A DNA stretch of 64,000 nucleotides from Lama glama (GCA_028534125.1 CM052816.1:12774001-12838000), one strand, 5' to 3'; numbered from the stretch's first letter, positions 26,451 through 39,764 are shown. Numbers and translations: made by a program. Notes: generated from the letters alone by a model not told the origin.

Positions 26451-26516
26451 GGACCCGTGTCCCTCATCCCTCTTTCCCTGCTTTACTTCTCTCCATGGTG
26501 CTCAACATCTGGGCCA

Positions 26517-27035
26517 TGACATAGGAGCTTGCTATCCCGGATTTGCTTTTTGCCCCTCCACATTCACTCTCTTCTCTTCCACACGCCTTCTCTTCCCTGC
26601 GAGGCTCACCAGTATGGACTGCATCACATAGGCTTTCTGGTCCCTGGCCTTGTAGATTCCAGTTAGTTTCAACCAATGACAGGCGGTGGCAGAGACTGCA
26701 CCATGGGAAGAGGACAAGGTTGCTCCCTGTCTCCCTTCCTGCCATACTGCTGTTTGGAGTGACTCTGTTTCGTCTCCCGTGGTCACAGCTACTAGAGGCC
26801 AGCAGCCTCCCTCAGCTACGAGCATCTCTCTCTGGGTTCTTGTGACTGCTCTCCTCTCCTAACCCTTGAGGCCTCGAGGGGTAACAGTTCTTTGCTCTCG
26901 CTAGCCCAGGGCGCTTCACCATACCTTGCAAGTTTCCCTTCATCCTGTAGCACCTTTATAGTTGGTCCCTTCATTAAACTCTCTGCAATCTAATTACCCT
27001 GCTTGACCGAGCCATCTGTTTCCTGTGGCGACCTC
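26517..27035 (+). mobile_element. ERVL LTR (LTR33-like)
   Basis: tatggactgcatcac; ggtaacagttctttgctctcgctagcccagggcgcttcaccat; tcccttcattaaactctct; gccatctgtttcctg. Confidence 0.78.
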
Positions 27036-27070
27036 AATTTATTTCCTTGTTTACTGGCTATGTCCTCGTC

Positions 27071-27116
27071 TGCACACACACACGCGTGCGCGAGCACACA
27101 CACACACACACACACA
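27071..27116. repeat. Interrupted (CA)n/(CG)n microsatellite
   Basis: tgcacacacacacgcgtgcgcgagcacacacacacacacacacaca. Confidence 0.95.
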
Positions 27117-28662
27117 AATGTGTAATTTCTCAAGAGTAGGGTTTTTGTGACTAGGATACCTGCCACATAGTAGGCAATTGATAAGTTTGCTGATGGCTGG
27201 ATAATGAATGAATGTGTTTTCTTTCTTATTCTTGCAAGAAACTCATGAAATAGGATTTATTGTCTCCATTTGTGGATAGGGAAATCAAGGGTCACAGAGA
27301 AGATCGTGCCACGAATACAAGACAGCACTGATGGGAGTCGCTGCGCTGTGTTTTCTTTGCTTCCTTGCACTGTCTTTTCGTTAAGTTACGTAAGACCTTT
27401 CATGCTGCTATTATATGAAAGGTTGCTAATTTCATTATCTTTATTCCATGGGATTGGATGATGTCACATAGTTTGTGAATTAATCCGTTGCCACGGCAGT
27501 TAAATAGCCACAGAGAAATGCTTTAGCTTTTCGCACACAGTAGAAGGCTTAATGACCCACCGGCCAGTAAAGAGAATATATTTTAAATCCAGCACCATAT
27601 GTATTAAATCCAAACCATATGTAAATATTCTTGGCTGATACGGCTGTTTCTCGAGCGTACTGTGTGAACTGCTCCAGCAGAGTTGCAGTGTCTCCAGTCA
27701 GATGAGAGACGGGCATCTGGGCCAGAGGAACGGCTAATTCAGAGTCAGCTCGCAGGAAGAGCCTTCAGCCTCAGAGGTGTCTGCTGAGGTAAGCAGAGAA
27801 GACAATTCCCACAATGGAAGGCAAAGGGTTCTTGTCCTTGCTTTGTGCCAGACCAGCTGACTCCAAGGACCACGATCCACGTTCCTCTGAAAATCAAATA
27901 CTCTACCTTCTGATTTCTCTAAAACCTACCAAAAAATATCCCCTCCTTCTCTTTTATGGTCCTCCATCACAGCGAGGCCTCTGAAGGTATGGGGTGGGAA
28001 GAAAAGTGTGCTAGTTGGTTCAATGTCTTTTGAGGGAAATAGACGGAGAAAATCATTAAAAAAAGAAACAAAACAGGCAACTACTGCTCATACGATTTCC
28101 AAATGAAAATAAGCAAGATGTCCTTATTATAAAAAGAACACACTTTTCAGAGCCAGACTGCTCTTCTAGGACTTGAGCTTCTAAACTCATTAAAAAGTGG
28201 CTTGTCTTCTCTCTGTTGCCTTATGGGAGGTGAAGGAGTCATCATCCTGGCATCTTCTCCAACAAAGAAAAAGCAGACGAGAGGCAGGCTTTTTCCAGTC
28301 AGCCAACCACCAAATGCCCACTGGGCATTGATCATGTCCCCAGGGATGCGCAGGGTGCAGAGGATGTAGTGGTGAGCTCAGCGTGCGTGGACCCCACCCA
28401 CAGAGGGCTTATGTGCCACCAGAGGAAAGAGATAAGACACGTATAAATGAGTTACTTCTGGGTGTACAAAGGGCTATGGTAGAGAAGTAAAAAGTCTTGT
28501 GAGAGCTTATTAGAGGGGAAGCGTCTCTGGTAAGCCAGGTCTGCAAACACCTCTGAGAAGGGTAAACCTGCAAAGATGGATAGATGTGGGAGGCTGTGGA
28601 CCGTGCCCATTGCACCTGTAGTTATAAACCCAGGAGGAGCACGGGACCTGGCAGGTGCTCAG

Positions 28663-29186
28663 TGTCGGTCATCATTGCTCTGTAACAATCCACTCCTAAA
28701 GTTAGTAGCCTAAAATTACAACAACTTATTCTTTTTTCATAATTCTATGGTTTGGTGGGATTCCACTGGAGGATGATTTAACTGTACATGCCGTTGGCTG
28801 GGGCTGCAGTCATCTTGAGGCTCAGGTGGGCAGGAATGGCTGGTGCCTGGGGAGAGATGACTGGGACCACTGGGCCTCTCTGTCCTTGCAGGTCCAGGGG
28901 CTCTCCTACTCCATGGGGCCTCTCCATGTCGTTCCTCCAGCAGGGTCTCTGGACTTCTTACAGGATAGCTAAGACATCCCCTGAGTGCAAAAGTAGGAGC
29001 TGTCATGCCCTTGCAAGGCTTAGGCACAACTCTAGAATGGAGCCACCACTACTGCGTCCTGTTGGTCACAGCATGTCCCAAGGCCAGCCCAGATTCAGCG
29101 AGGGAGGGAGTCACACAAGGATGTGACTCTCTGGACGTGTGGTTCACTGTAGGGGTGGGGGGGGTCATCTTTAGAGACTAGCCACC
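28663..29186 (-). mobile_element. MaLR solo LTR (MLT1H-like)
   Basis: ttgctctgtaacaatccactcctaaagttagtagcctaaaa; ggggctgcagtcatcttgaggctc; aaggccagcccagattca; gtcatctttagagactagcc. Confidence 0.85.
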
Positions 29187-29289
29187 CCTCTAGGTGCTCA
29201 ATAATTTTATATTTAAAAACGGAGGAAGATATGAGTAGCATCAGTCAATGTGGAGGGGGAGGCTTTAGTAGCATCTTTGATGACAGAGA

Positions 29290-29517
29290 GGCAGGCACAG
29301 CTAAGCCTTTCTGAAGGACCTGGGAGAGGTTGGGTGCAGCTCTCCACCGAGAGAGAGGAGGAGAGCCATGGATGAGACTGGAGAGTGAGCTGGGAACAGG
29401 CTGAGCCTGGAGCCTGACTACCCTTGAGCTTTTCAGTTACATAAGCCAATCAGTTCCCTTTCTCCCACTGTCAATTTGAGCTGGGTTTCTATCTTTGAAG
29501 CAAGAGGCCTGATTAAT
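29290..29517 (+). mobile_element. Old MaLR LTR 3' fragment (MLT1J/K-like)
   Basis: gcttttcagttacataagccaatcagttcccttt...atttgagctgggtttct...gaggcctgattaat. Confidence 0.65.
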
Positions 29518-30399
29518 GGGAGGGAGGCGGCAAATCACGCTGCCCAGGAGGGGAAGGCCCTGGAGGTGACCTCACCACTGAATGCGAAGCCATTTGGAAA
29601 CAACCTGTTCTGTACAAGCACAGAGCACTGTGATAATCCGGGATGCGCAGACTGAACTTAGAACATAGTATAGGATCTGCCCCTGACATCAAAAAGAGAG
29701 ATGTCTGTGGGTGGATGTCCCTAATGGCTTCAGAAATCCCTTTCCATAAGCATAACTTACACCGACAGCTGACGGCTGCTCAGTACCCCTGCAGTAACTG
29801 GTCAAACACTTTCTAGGCTCTTCTCAAATCCCCGTAGTGTGAATTTGCTTGTGTCAGTCTCTACAAGTCACAGTTCCAGCTTTCTGAATCCTAGACCCTC
29901 ACTGCCTTGAGAGTTGTTCTGTTATAAATTTGTTGAGCAGATTCAATAAGATGATAGATGCAAAATGCTCAGCATAGCACCCAGTCAGAATCTAATAAAG
30001 CGCAGTGAGTGTTACTGTTCGTATTTATTGTTGTCGTCTGATTTTATTTCTGGAAACCGAAGTACTTTGATGAGTGTGGTTTAAAAAAAATCCCTGCCTT
30101 TAACTTAAAGATCCCCCAAAGATCAAAAAGATAGGAGAGCTACATCAAGTGGAAAGAGAGCTTCTCTAGGACCCCCTCCCTGGGCCAAGCTGAAACCCAG
30201 AGGTACCCATCATCCTAGATATGAAGTCCCAGAAGGCCTCAGCACAAGGATATGTCTACATCATCCCTCCCTGATCTCTGTGTTAAGCCAAGGCCTACGC
30301 AGGGCTTTGGGAACAGCGACCAGGGTCCTTGGTGAGAGCCTCCGGCACCCCAGTGTGGCCCAACTCCCTCTTCTCTCATACTATGTGTCCCTTCGGTGC

Positions 30400-30765
30400 G
30401 TCACGCTGCCTTCTGCCATGTGGTTTTCGCACACGCCATCCTCTCTGCATGGCGTGATCTCACCTCCAGCACATTCAGATCTCAGCTTAAGCTTTACTTC
30501 CTCACCCCAGTCTGGGGCCATTTCCGATCCCGCATGGTGTCATATCACTCTGGTCCTTTGCTTCAGAGCTCTGCGTCACAATTCGTTATTGTACTCCTGT
30601 CACTGGGAATCTTTGATTAATAATGGGCTCCCTCCCTTGTCTGTAAGCTTCATGAGAGCAAGATTCAAGGGATTTTGTTCCCTTCTTTTCCTTTCTCCAA
30701 AGCACCCAATATAGGGTCTGATGCAAAGTACGTGCTCAGTAAATTCTAGTTGAGTAGATGGAGAG
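30400..30765 (+). mobile_element. L2 3' end
   Basis: ctgtaagcttcatgagagcaag...gtgctcagtaaattctagttgagtagatg. Confidence 0.7.
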
Positions 30766-31249
30766 AGAGAACAGTGGACGCTATCTGTTGGGATTAGGGA
30801 CGGAACTCACCAGTTTATTCAATCAAGCCAGGTCATCCCAGAGAAATCATTGAGTTCCCAGAGAGGGGGGAAATAATTAATTCCAGAAATGATCCATTGC
30901 TCCTTGTTTAATCCTTTAATCAATCGATTGTCCTTTGGGGATTGATTTTTGTTTTAAGTTATTTCTCTCTTTAAAAGGTGGCTTCCTGCAGAAGTGCAGG
31001 TTTTGCTTGCAGGAGAGATACATACAGGGGCTAAGGCCTTTCCTCCTCTTGCTAAAATGTGCAAAACCCAGTCCACTGTACACTCCACACGACCTATGCC
31101 CCCTTTTGTAAACTTTTTCTCTGAAGCACTTCAGAAAGAGGCATTATGTAAGGATGAATAGACACTGGTTTAAATATACCAGCTGTCTAAAAGGGGCCCT
31201 CATTTGTGGCTGTTTGTGTTAAGCTGTCTGCTTCCAAGTAGAGGCAATA

Positions 31250-31480
31250 AAATGCAGTGGTTTAAAGGACACTCTTCAGGGCTGCGTGGGGGGGATGCAA
31301 ACCCAGGACTGGTCATCACTGTCTGGAGAACCTTAGGCAAATGAACTTGCCCTCAGTTTCCACATTCATAAAGTGGAGATATTTACAGAGTTGTTGGATG
31401 GATTGAGTGAGGGACTAGCTATGAAGCAATCTATGTCAAACACACAGTAAGGGCTCAATGAGCAAAAGTTAGATCATTAT
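31250..31480 (+). mobile_element. MIR SINE
   Basis: accttaggcaaatgaactt-gccctcagtttcccacattcataaagtggagata...gggctcaatga. Confidence 0.7.
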
Positions 31481-33499
31481 TCTTCCAGATGTTTCTCCTT
31501 CTCATATCATTGCCAAAGGCTGGGAATGAGGTTGTGAAGTGGAAAAGAGAGTCAATCAATTCCCTTCTAGGCTGAAAGAGACTTTTCTCCCCAGCCCGAG
31601 AAGCACCTCTGTGGAGAAGCTGGAGTTGTAACTAGCTCAGTTAACCACTGGTCTTTGCAGTCACCATATCCTGAGCTTTCTAATATGACTGCAACCATAC
31701 CTCTCTGGTTTTTCATGTCGAGTAGAAAACCTTCTGTCTTATGTCTAGTGATTCACATCATGGTCTTTTACAGACAAGACTTTGGTGTATGCTCTGTTTA
31801 TTGGAAGCAGTATGTTACTATGGAATTCTCCCAAGAGTGATTTAGGTCAAATTCGAAGTCTACCACTTGGTAGCTGTGTGGTCTAGGGCACTTCGCTTTG
31901 CCTCTCTGATCATCGGTCTTCTTCAAGAGACTGGCAGAGTGAAGGGAGATGACACTGAGTACCTGGCATACACTATGGACGTGACTGGGGTAGGGGTGTC
32001 AGTGGGGGCTGTCTAATTCCCCTCCGAGGGTACGTCTTCCCATAATAATGCTGTCTAAGGCAGAACAATCAGCATGGAGTGCTCGGTCCAAATTTGTCTT
32101 GTTCTCCTTTTGCCAGTGGTTTGATAGTTGCATGTGACTATAAAAACTCTGTTATTCCATGTATAGAATGAATTATTCTTTGAATGATGATCTCATTGAG
32201 CCTAATTTTTCTCTCATTTCTCATTTCAGGGTAGACCAGGGAAGGGAAAAGATGCTGGTCATCATACAGTTTTACAGGGATCTGAGTAGTTCTCTCTGAC
32301 CTAATATCCAGGTGACAGGCTCTATAAAAATGTCCCTGTCTCCTGGTGGCCCAACCCCAGTGGGCCTCACCTGCCTTCCAAAAAATTCACTGCCAATTGC
32401 TCACTTCTGTGAACCGTGTGCTATGTGCCATACTCCCTGGTAGAAATGGGGACAGAGAGAGGAAAGACATGGTCTAGTAAAGAGCAGAGAAAGAAATAGA
32501 TGACTACAACCTAGGATTACAACACAGAGCAGGAAAGGTTGAGATGAGTACAGCGCGGGATGATAAAGAAGTGATGTGATTCAGAGGGTGAAGGTGGAGG
32601 CTATTGGCTCTTGAGCTCAAACTCAGAAAGAAGAGGAAGGGAATGTGCAAAAGACAGACCCCAGTGATAAATATACAGCACAGTAGTAATTTTGCAAAGC
32701 TCGAGTGCAAGGTACAAGCCCCCTTTCTGAAGAGTAGTCCTGCTGTCCAGTAATTGTCACTTTCTAAAATGTTCCAGGAGGAATCAGATTTATAGAGCAA
32801 GGCCAAGTGTAGGTTTGTTTTTATCTGGCCAGTTTACTCAATCAGGGAAAACCAAGCTGGTTTAATTAGAAAGGAAAGGTCAGCTGGTGAATGTTAATGA
32901 TTTGGTTATTCTATTGATGGAGATACGTAGTTAATTGCATATTTGGAATATGGTATGACTGACCTCCACAATGCATGAAATTATTTTCCAGGAAGTTTCC
33001 CGCAACTGAAAAAGTTTCTTCAGTTTTAGCATAAGCCTAGAAATATTACGTGATCAATAATTACTTTGCCACTTTGTTCCTTTTCAGTGGGTAGAACAAT
33101 GTACAACTCTAGACCATTGCAATTTTTCCAAAAGATGTAAAAAATTAAGTCCATCTAATTTCCCCATATTCACAACTTAGTTTCAGGGTCCAGGAAACAA
33201 AATGTTCTGATGACAATTCCTGAGAGAGCTCCGTGTGGGCCACACATTAAAATGCTTCATTAAGCCATCAAAAGTAAGTAGACCTTTTAGCAGGAAAGAT
33301 TATCTTGTACAAGAGTTGGAGACTTCGTGATCTCAAAGTGACAAATTATTCTAACAATACAATTCTGATATTCAATGAAACAAGTTAATATGAATCTTAT
33401 TCTAATGCCACCATGATGACATGATAAATACATCTTGCAGGAGATGCTTAATTCTGTTTCTCAAAGAATGGTCTCTGGTCCTATTTTAACAAATTTTAA

Positions 33500-34550
33500 C
33501 AACCGTTTATTTTGTCCCTTACAGGCACCATATTTGAAACATAAGACACATCAATGAGCCAAACAGACGAAACTCCTGCCCTCACGGAGTTTATATGCTA
33601 GTGGGGAGAGAGAAACAATAGAGGAAAGATGTAACAGATACATAAACAATAGTGTTTCTTAGAAATGGAGCAGGAAAAGGGAATGAATAGGGCACAGGGT
33701 GAGGCCTGTAATTTGCAATAGGTTAACTGGGATAGCCTTTATGGAGAGGGTGGTGTTTGAACACAGGAAATGACAGGGATGTAGATGTCTGTAGAAAGAG
33801 CATTCCGGAGAGAAGGGAGAGTCCTAAGGCAGGAGCAGTGTGGCTGAGACTAGAGAGCAAGGTGGAAGGAGGAGAAGATGAGGTCAGGGAGGGAACGGCA
33901 GGATGGGGACAGATCACTTAGGACTTGTACACTTACTTGTGGGTGAAATGAGGAGCTACTGGTGGGTCTTGAGCAGAGTGGAGAGATCCAATGTGTTTTA
34001 GTCTATGACTCTGGTTTCTGAGTTGAGAATAGAGGGTGAAGGGTGAGATGGAATCTGGGAGACCAGGGGAGGAGCGGTTGCAGTGATCCAGTAATCCAGC
34101 TGATGGTTCTCCTAGGATGGTCGATGCATGATTTAAAATGGTTGGATTCTTGGCATCTTTTGGGAATCTTACCAGCATAAGTTGGTGATGAGTTCCATGC
34201 GGGATATGAGGGAAAAGGGGGGAACAAAGGGGCATCAATGATGATTCCATGTTTTTGTCCTGAAATAGTAGAACTGAGATGCCTTCAACTGAGGTGGGGA
34301 AGTCTGGGGGTAGAGAGGATTTTGGAGGAGAGGGATACATTAGTAGTCTGGCTTTGGACAGATCAGGCTTGAGATGTTTATCAGAATTCCAACTGGAGAT
34401 GCAGAGTGGGCCATTGGATATGTGAGCCTGGAGTTCAGGAGAGAGATTTGGCAGAGTTTAAATCTGCAGATTTTTGGCGTAAGGATGGTACTTGCAGTCA
34501 TAAGGTTGTAAGAAATTACAGTGAGAAAGAGTAGAGAAGGATGAGGACAA
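33500..34550 (-). mobile_element. L2 LINE, about 1 kb of 3' region
   Basis: ctcctgccctcacggagtttatatgctagtgggg; gagcattccggagagaaggga; gcagtgatccag; gagatgccttcaactgaggtgggg; ttggatatgtgagcctggagttcaggagagag. Confidence 0.9.
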
Positions 34551-34573
34551 GGGACCTTTACCAGAATTTGATG

Positions 34574-35039
34574 TGAGCTAGTTTCCTATTGCTGATGTAA
34601 TAAATTATCACAAATTTAGTGGCTTAAAACAACACAAATATGTTATCTTAGAGTTCTAGAAGTCGGAAGTCTTAACTGAGTCTTGCTTAGCTAAAATCGA
34701 GATGTCAGCAGGCCCACGTTCCTTTTGTAGGCTCTAGGAGAAAATCTTTTCCCTTATCTTTTCCAACTTCTAGTGGCTGCCTGCATTCCTTGGTCTGTGG
34801 CTCCCTTCCCTTTTTGAAGACAGCAGTAGCTGGTCAAGTCTGTCTCCACACATCACTTTTACCCTGACTTTTCTACCTACCTCTTCCACATTTAAGGACC
34901 GTGTGATTTTATCAGGCTCATGTGGATAATCTGGGATAATCTCCCCATCTCCAGATTCTTGTTTGACAGCTGCAAGGTCCTTTTGCCATGGGGATGCAGA
35001 TGTCATTTTGATTAGGGGGACACTATTCTGCCTGTAAGA
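34574..35039 (-). mobile_element. MaLR solo LTR (MLT1D-like)
   Basis: tagtttcctattgctgatgtaataaattatcacaaatttagtggcttaaaacaacacaaat; tttccaacttctagtggctgcctgcattccttgg; ggataatctgggataatctccccatctc; TSD TGATG (34569-73)/TTATG (35040-44). Confidence 0.92.
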
Positions 35040-35044
35040 TTATG

Positions 35045-35165
35045 AAAGCTTATTAATAATGCAGAATCCTGAGCCTCACCCGAGACTTATTGAGTTAGAC
35101 TCTCCAGGGAATGAGATCTGAGAAAGTGTTTTATGCACAAGCCCCTTAGGTGATTCTTGTGACCT
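35045..35165. mobile_element. hAT-Charlie MER5-like DNA transposon fragment
   Basis: aatgcagaatcctgagcctcacccgagacttattgagttagactctcc...acaagccccttaggtgattct. Confidence 0.75.
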
Positions 35166-36878
35166 CCATTGGCTTGATGATGAAAATCGGTGGTGATGAA
35201 AGGGAATGAGTGAGCACCTAGTCCCATTCCTCACCAAGGCCAGGATCCCTGTGGACTACGGTCACCCTATCTGTAATCAGCAGTCCCCTGAAGGTCACCG
35301 TCCCTGGTCATCCATGTAATAGGGCAGTATGCACAGTCCTCAGCCAAGGCCAAGCTACAATTCAGAACCTTAGCTATTACAGGATCTCTAGTTAATGTTG
35401 ACTATTTTTAATGTTACAAATAATGCTCTCCCAACTTCTTTGTAGGTACTTTTGATACAGATGTAATTATTTTTGCAAGATGGCCTAGAAATGAAAGAGC
35501 TAATCATCCTGAATATGCATTTTAGGTTGTCTTTGGTACCACCAAACTGCTTTTCAAAAATCCTTCCCCAGTTGGTACTACTGTCAGGATTCTAGAAGGG
35601 TACCCAATTCCCAGTATCTTTATCAAGAAGGATGCTAGTCCTTTGGTGCTATTGAAGAAGTTGGGACACCAACTATGTTTTGATGATTTACGTATTTAAA
35701 TCCCTCCTTTCTAAAGAATTAAAAAAAAATATTTCCTAGTTTCTTCTGAAACTTCTTCTGGAAACCACCAATTAGAGTCAGTCACATGAAACTTGGATGA
35801 GAAAAAAATTACATGAGAGAAGTGGCTAGGCACAAGACATTGTTTTTGCTGGTGCTGGAGGCAGCAGACCTTGTGGTTCAAGGTCCAGGATGGTGGCAGC
35901 TTCCTCATCAGGACAATTCTGAAGCCTTGCTCTAAGATCTATTCTGTAACACTTAGAGCCTGTTTCTGCAACTATCGTAATCGTCTAAGCATTTAATAAT
36001 TTTTGATGTTTTATTTCTTTTAAAATTAGCTAGATTCAATTGCCTGCAACTAAGAACTGTGATAGCATCACAAAAACCTTAACAAAGAGCATCTTTCAAA
36101 TTTTTGCCAATCTCATGGCCAAAATGAATTTCCTTATTACTCGTATGTCTAAATAATCCTTTAGAGGAAGTTAGATCTGGATGTAGTATTATCAGAGCCG
36201 TCATTTTGCCTAGGATCAAAGTGGCAAAACTACAATGCCTCTAAACCTTTCACCGTTCCTTTAATAGCATTATTGTTAATATGAAAGCATTATGAACAGA
36301 TAATTTAAAGCTAAGATGCTTAATTATTTACTTGAGAACATGGGGTTATTGTAATTTTCATCTTCATTACGTTAAAGAATCTATACACAAATATTCCTTA
36401 TCTCTATGATACAAGGAATTCACTCCTACTCTTAGAGCTTTCAAGAAGATTTTTAAAAATAAAATCACTTGTAAAGAATTCTAACTCTTCTTTGTCTGTT
36501 AAACGAAATACAATATTATAGTGAGCACACTGGCATGGCCTTATATCATCCATTGTTGAGGAACATGGATAATCCTCCCTCTTTGTTACCTGTTTAAATA
36601 TTTCTACCAATATTATGCGTATTTACCAAGCACGTAGAAAGTTGAAATACGTTCGTGTAAAAATCAGGAAACACTCTTTAGTGTCCAGTGGGCATAAATC
36701 TGACATTTTCAATGGTAAGACTAACTCATAACTTCTCACAGAGCATGAAGTAATGTTATGAGATACATGATGCTTCCCCCTAGTTGTGCAAACATGTTCA
36801 GAAAGCCAAGTGAAATCAATATTTACTAATTATAATTATTATTTGAAATGTGATATTTAAATAAAATAAATAAGCTAG

Positions 36879-37256
36879 TATTTCAATCAGCTCAGGCTGC
36901 TATAACAAAATGCCATAGACTGTGTGGCTTAGAACAACAGAAATTTGTTTTCTTTACATTTCTGGATGCTGAGAATTTCCAGGTCAAGTGTCAAGCAATT
37001 CGTTCCTCGTAAGAGCCCTCTTCTTGACTTGCAGACGGCTTCCTTCTCACTGTGTCTTCAACAGGCAGAGAGAGAGAGCTCTGGTCTCTCTTCTTGTTCT
37101 TATAAGGATGCTAGTCCCACCATAGGGACCCCACTCTCATGCATTTATCTAAACCTAATTACTTCCCAGAGGCTCCACCTTCCAAAATACCATCACACAT
37201 GAATTAGGGCTTCAACATATGAATTTGAGGGGAACAAAAACATTCAGTGCATCGCA
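36879..37256 (-). mobile_element. MaLR solo LTR (MLT1A-like)
   Basis: ctcaggctgctataacaaaatgccatagactg; cttgacttgcagacggc; ttagggcttcaacatatgaattt...cattcag; perfect 5-bp TSD GCTAG (36874-78, 37257-61). Confidence 0.94.
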
Positions 37257-39764
37257 GCTAGATTGCAGGCTCTAAATTCTGAAGAAGCTTTTTAATTTAT
37301 TCCCAGATGACCAAAATAATTTAAGTCCCTTAATTTACTTTTCATTTGTTTTAACAATGTATTAAATTAGAGCACATTGGTAAATGTACTTTAATAACAA
37401 ATGTCTAATTCTTTATTCAGCGTTCACATTTCCAAATGAAATAAATGATCTGTTTATATGCATCACTAGACCATCTGGTTCCATGTGAGGACCCAACACA
37501 GAATCAACTAATTGTCATACATGTTTATTCATCATTCTTAACTCCTTTTCTTATAAATAATGAAAATCTAGGAGTTTTAGTAAACAATCTTCACCTTTAG
37601 TTGAAAGCTTGATCTTCTTAACTGTATAATAGAACAGGACAAAAGAGCCCAGGAAAATATGTACCCAAGAAAATGAATTGCTAGTCAACTTCACTGCGCC
37701 ATTCCCATTTTACAGACGGGGAAAAAAGGGAGTAGAATATGAATTTTAAGGGGCCTAATCGATTAGAACCAGAGGTCACTATTCCAGAGATTTGAGTTTG
37801 TTGCTTTGACAACTAAATTCAATTTTTCAAGGGCATCCCTGAAATTCTTTCTTCTGGATTATTTCCCTTCCCGTCTTAGAATCCAGGGTCACCGTCAACA
37901 TTTATATACACCAGGATGTATGTAAATCCTAATGATGTGGAGGAAAAGGTACCAACAATCCAGAGCAAATAATTTTTAAACTGCGATTTTTATTTGAATT
38001 AAAATGATATGCAAAAAACCTTGGAAGTCCAATGTATTGCAAAAGCATTATATCTCATCTTTTAGAAAAGACCAAGGTGAAAAACTGTTTGGTGGTTCTC
38101 TTCATTTAATGCATATGAAGTAGGCAGTATGCAAAGCTACCTTCTACTCAGTCTTTATCTTAAACATTACTTTTCCTAATCCCCTGGCCTGATTTAGTCC
38201 CCCTTTCTAGACACACCACAACACCTTCTGCTGGTTCTTCATGTAATTATTTACAGCCATGTGCTCGGTGATTATATGGTAAATGCCAAGAGAAGCAGTG
38301 ACCTCTATTGTTTTCTCAGCAGATATATGGTTCCCAGTAAATATCTATTAAATAAAAGAACAGGACCTGCACAGTACATCTTCCTGGGGGACCAATTTTA
38401 CTCAATGATTTGGGATTTTTCTAAATTAAAACGAACACAGTTGTATCATGAGAATGAAGGGTAAAATTCAAGCTAGAATTGAAAGCCTCTCCCTGTGAAT
38501 GCCCACTGTCCTCTGCCATTAATGCTATTTCAGAGGGAAATTTAATGACTTGGTGAGTTTGAGTGTGAAGCTCCCAAGATCAGATAATTGAAGCCAACCA
38601 AGTCCAGTCTTCTCTTTTCATTATGAAAGGAGCAGGGACATCTTCCCATCCATGGAGAAAACAAGAAAGGTCAGAGTAATGAAGTGCGGAGTGTGCCTTA
38701 CACAAGTTATTTCAATACCTCAGGTTTTTCCAACGGGAAAATGAAAGTGTGAGGTTGGATGTTCTCCAATGGCCCGCGAATCTCTAAAATTCTGTTGTGC
38801 GTAAATTCTTGGGTTTTTTTGTTCCCCCATCATCATTCTTATACCCACAAAAAGGAAGAAGACAGGAAGCAAACTTCATGATATTTCTTTCCCCTTCTTA
38901 CGCTTCCAAGTGTTGCATTCATCTTTGAATGACACGTGTAGACACTGTGTAAACACACAGTAAACACTGTGTAGCTGTTTCTGCCCTTTTGCATGAACTC
39001 GCAGACACATTCATAGGTCCAAAGGAGAAGGAAAAGTAGACCTAGTGTCAAACCACAGAGGCACCTTTGTATGGATAAGTCACTCATTGATTATCAGCTG
39101 AGTTGTTAAGTATTTCATCATTAGAACCAGATGCGATGGAAAATACTGATTTCAAATGCTACATTTAAAGAGGCAAGGTCTATTTTGTGATATCCATTTT
39201 CCTGTCTCATCCTTTCATTCTCTTTACCTCTGAAGGCCTTGACAATTTATCTTTATATGAAAAAGTTTTGCCAGACTACTTATGTAGTAACTACTATAAC
39301 ATTAATACAATTCCTCAGGGGTGGTTAGATGAAACAGTTGCTATGCCTCCCTGCCAAGCAAAGATCATCTGATTCCAAGTAAAAGGGAATAAGTCAATGT
39401 CAATGTGATGCTAAATGCTAATGAAAAATAGCTGGTTGACACTGCAAGCAAAGGAAGGTAATGCAAAATGACTATTACACTTCTCCAAGTCTGTGGGTAT
39501 TGCTTGGTGATTGCTTGATTCAGTCGATCTGTACAAAAGGAAATACTTGTTTTGTTCTATTATATGGTCTCATAACCAAATACATTTGATACGTATCTGC
39601 AACAAATATGCCTTCAAAGTATCAGTGCTGCTTGTGTTGTGCTCTTTGCTGATAATAAGAAAAACGCTTGCCAACAGCTGCTATGATAGACCCCATGCAC
39701 AACCGAAAGGCTGGCAAAAAAGAAACTAAAATCAGGACTCCTAATTCAAAGCTCAGACAATCTG

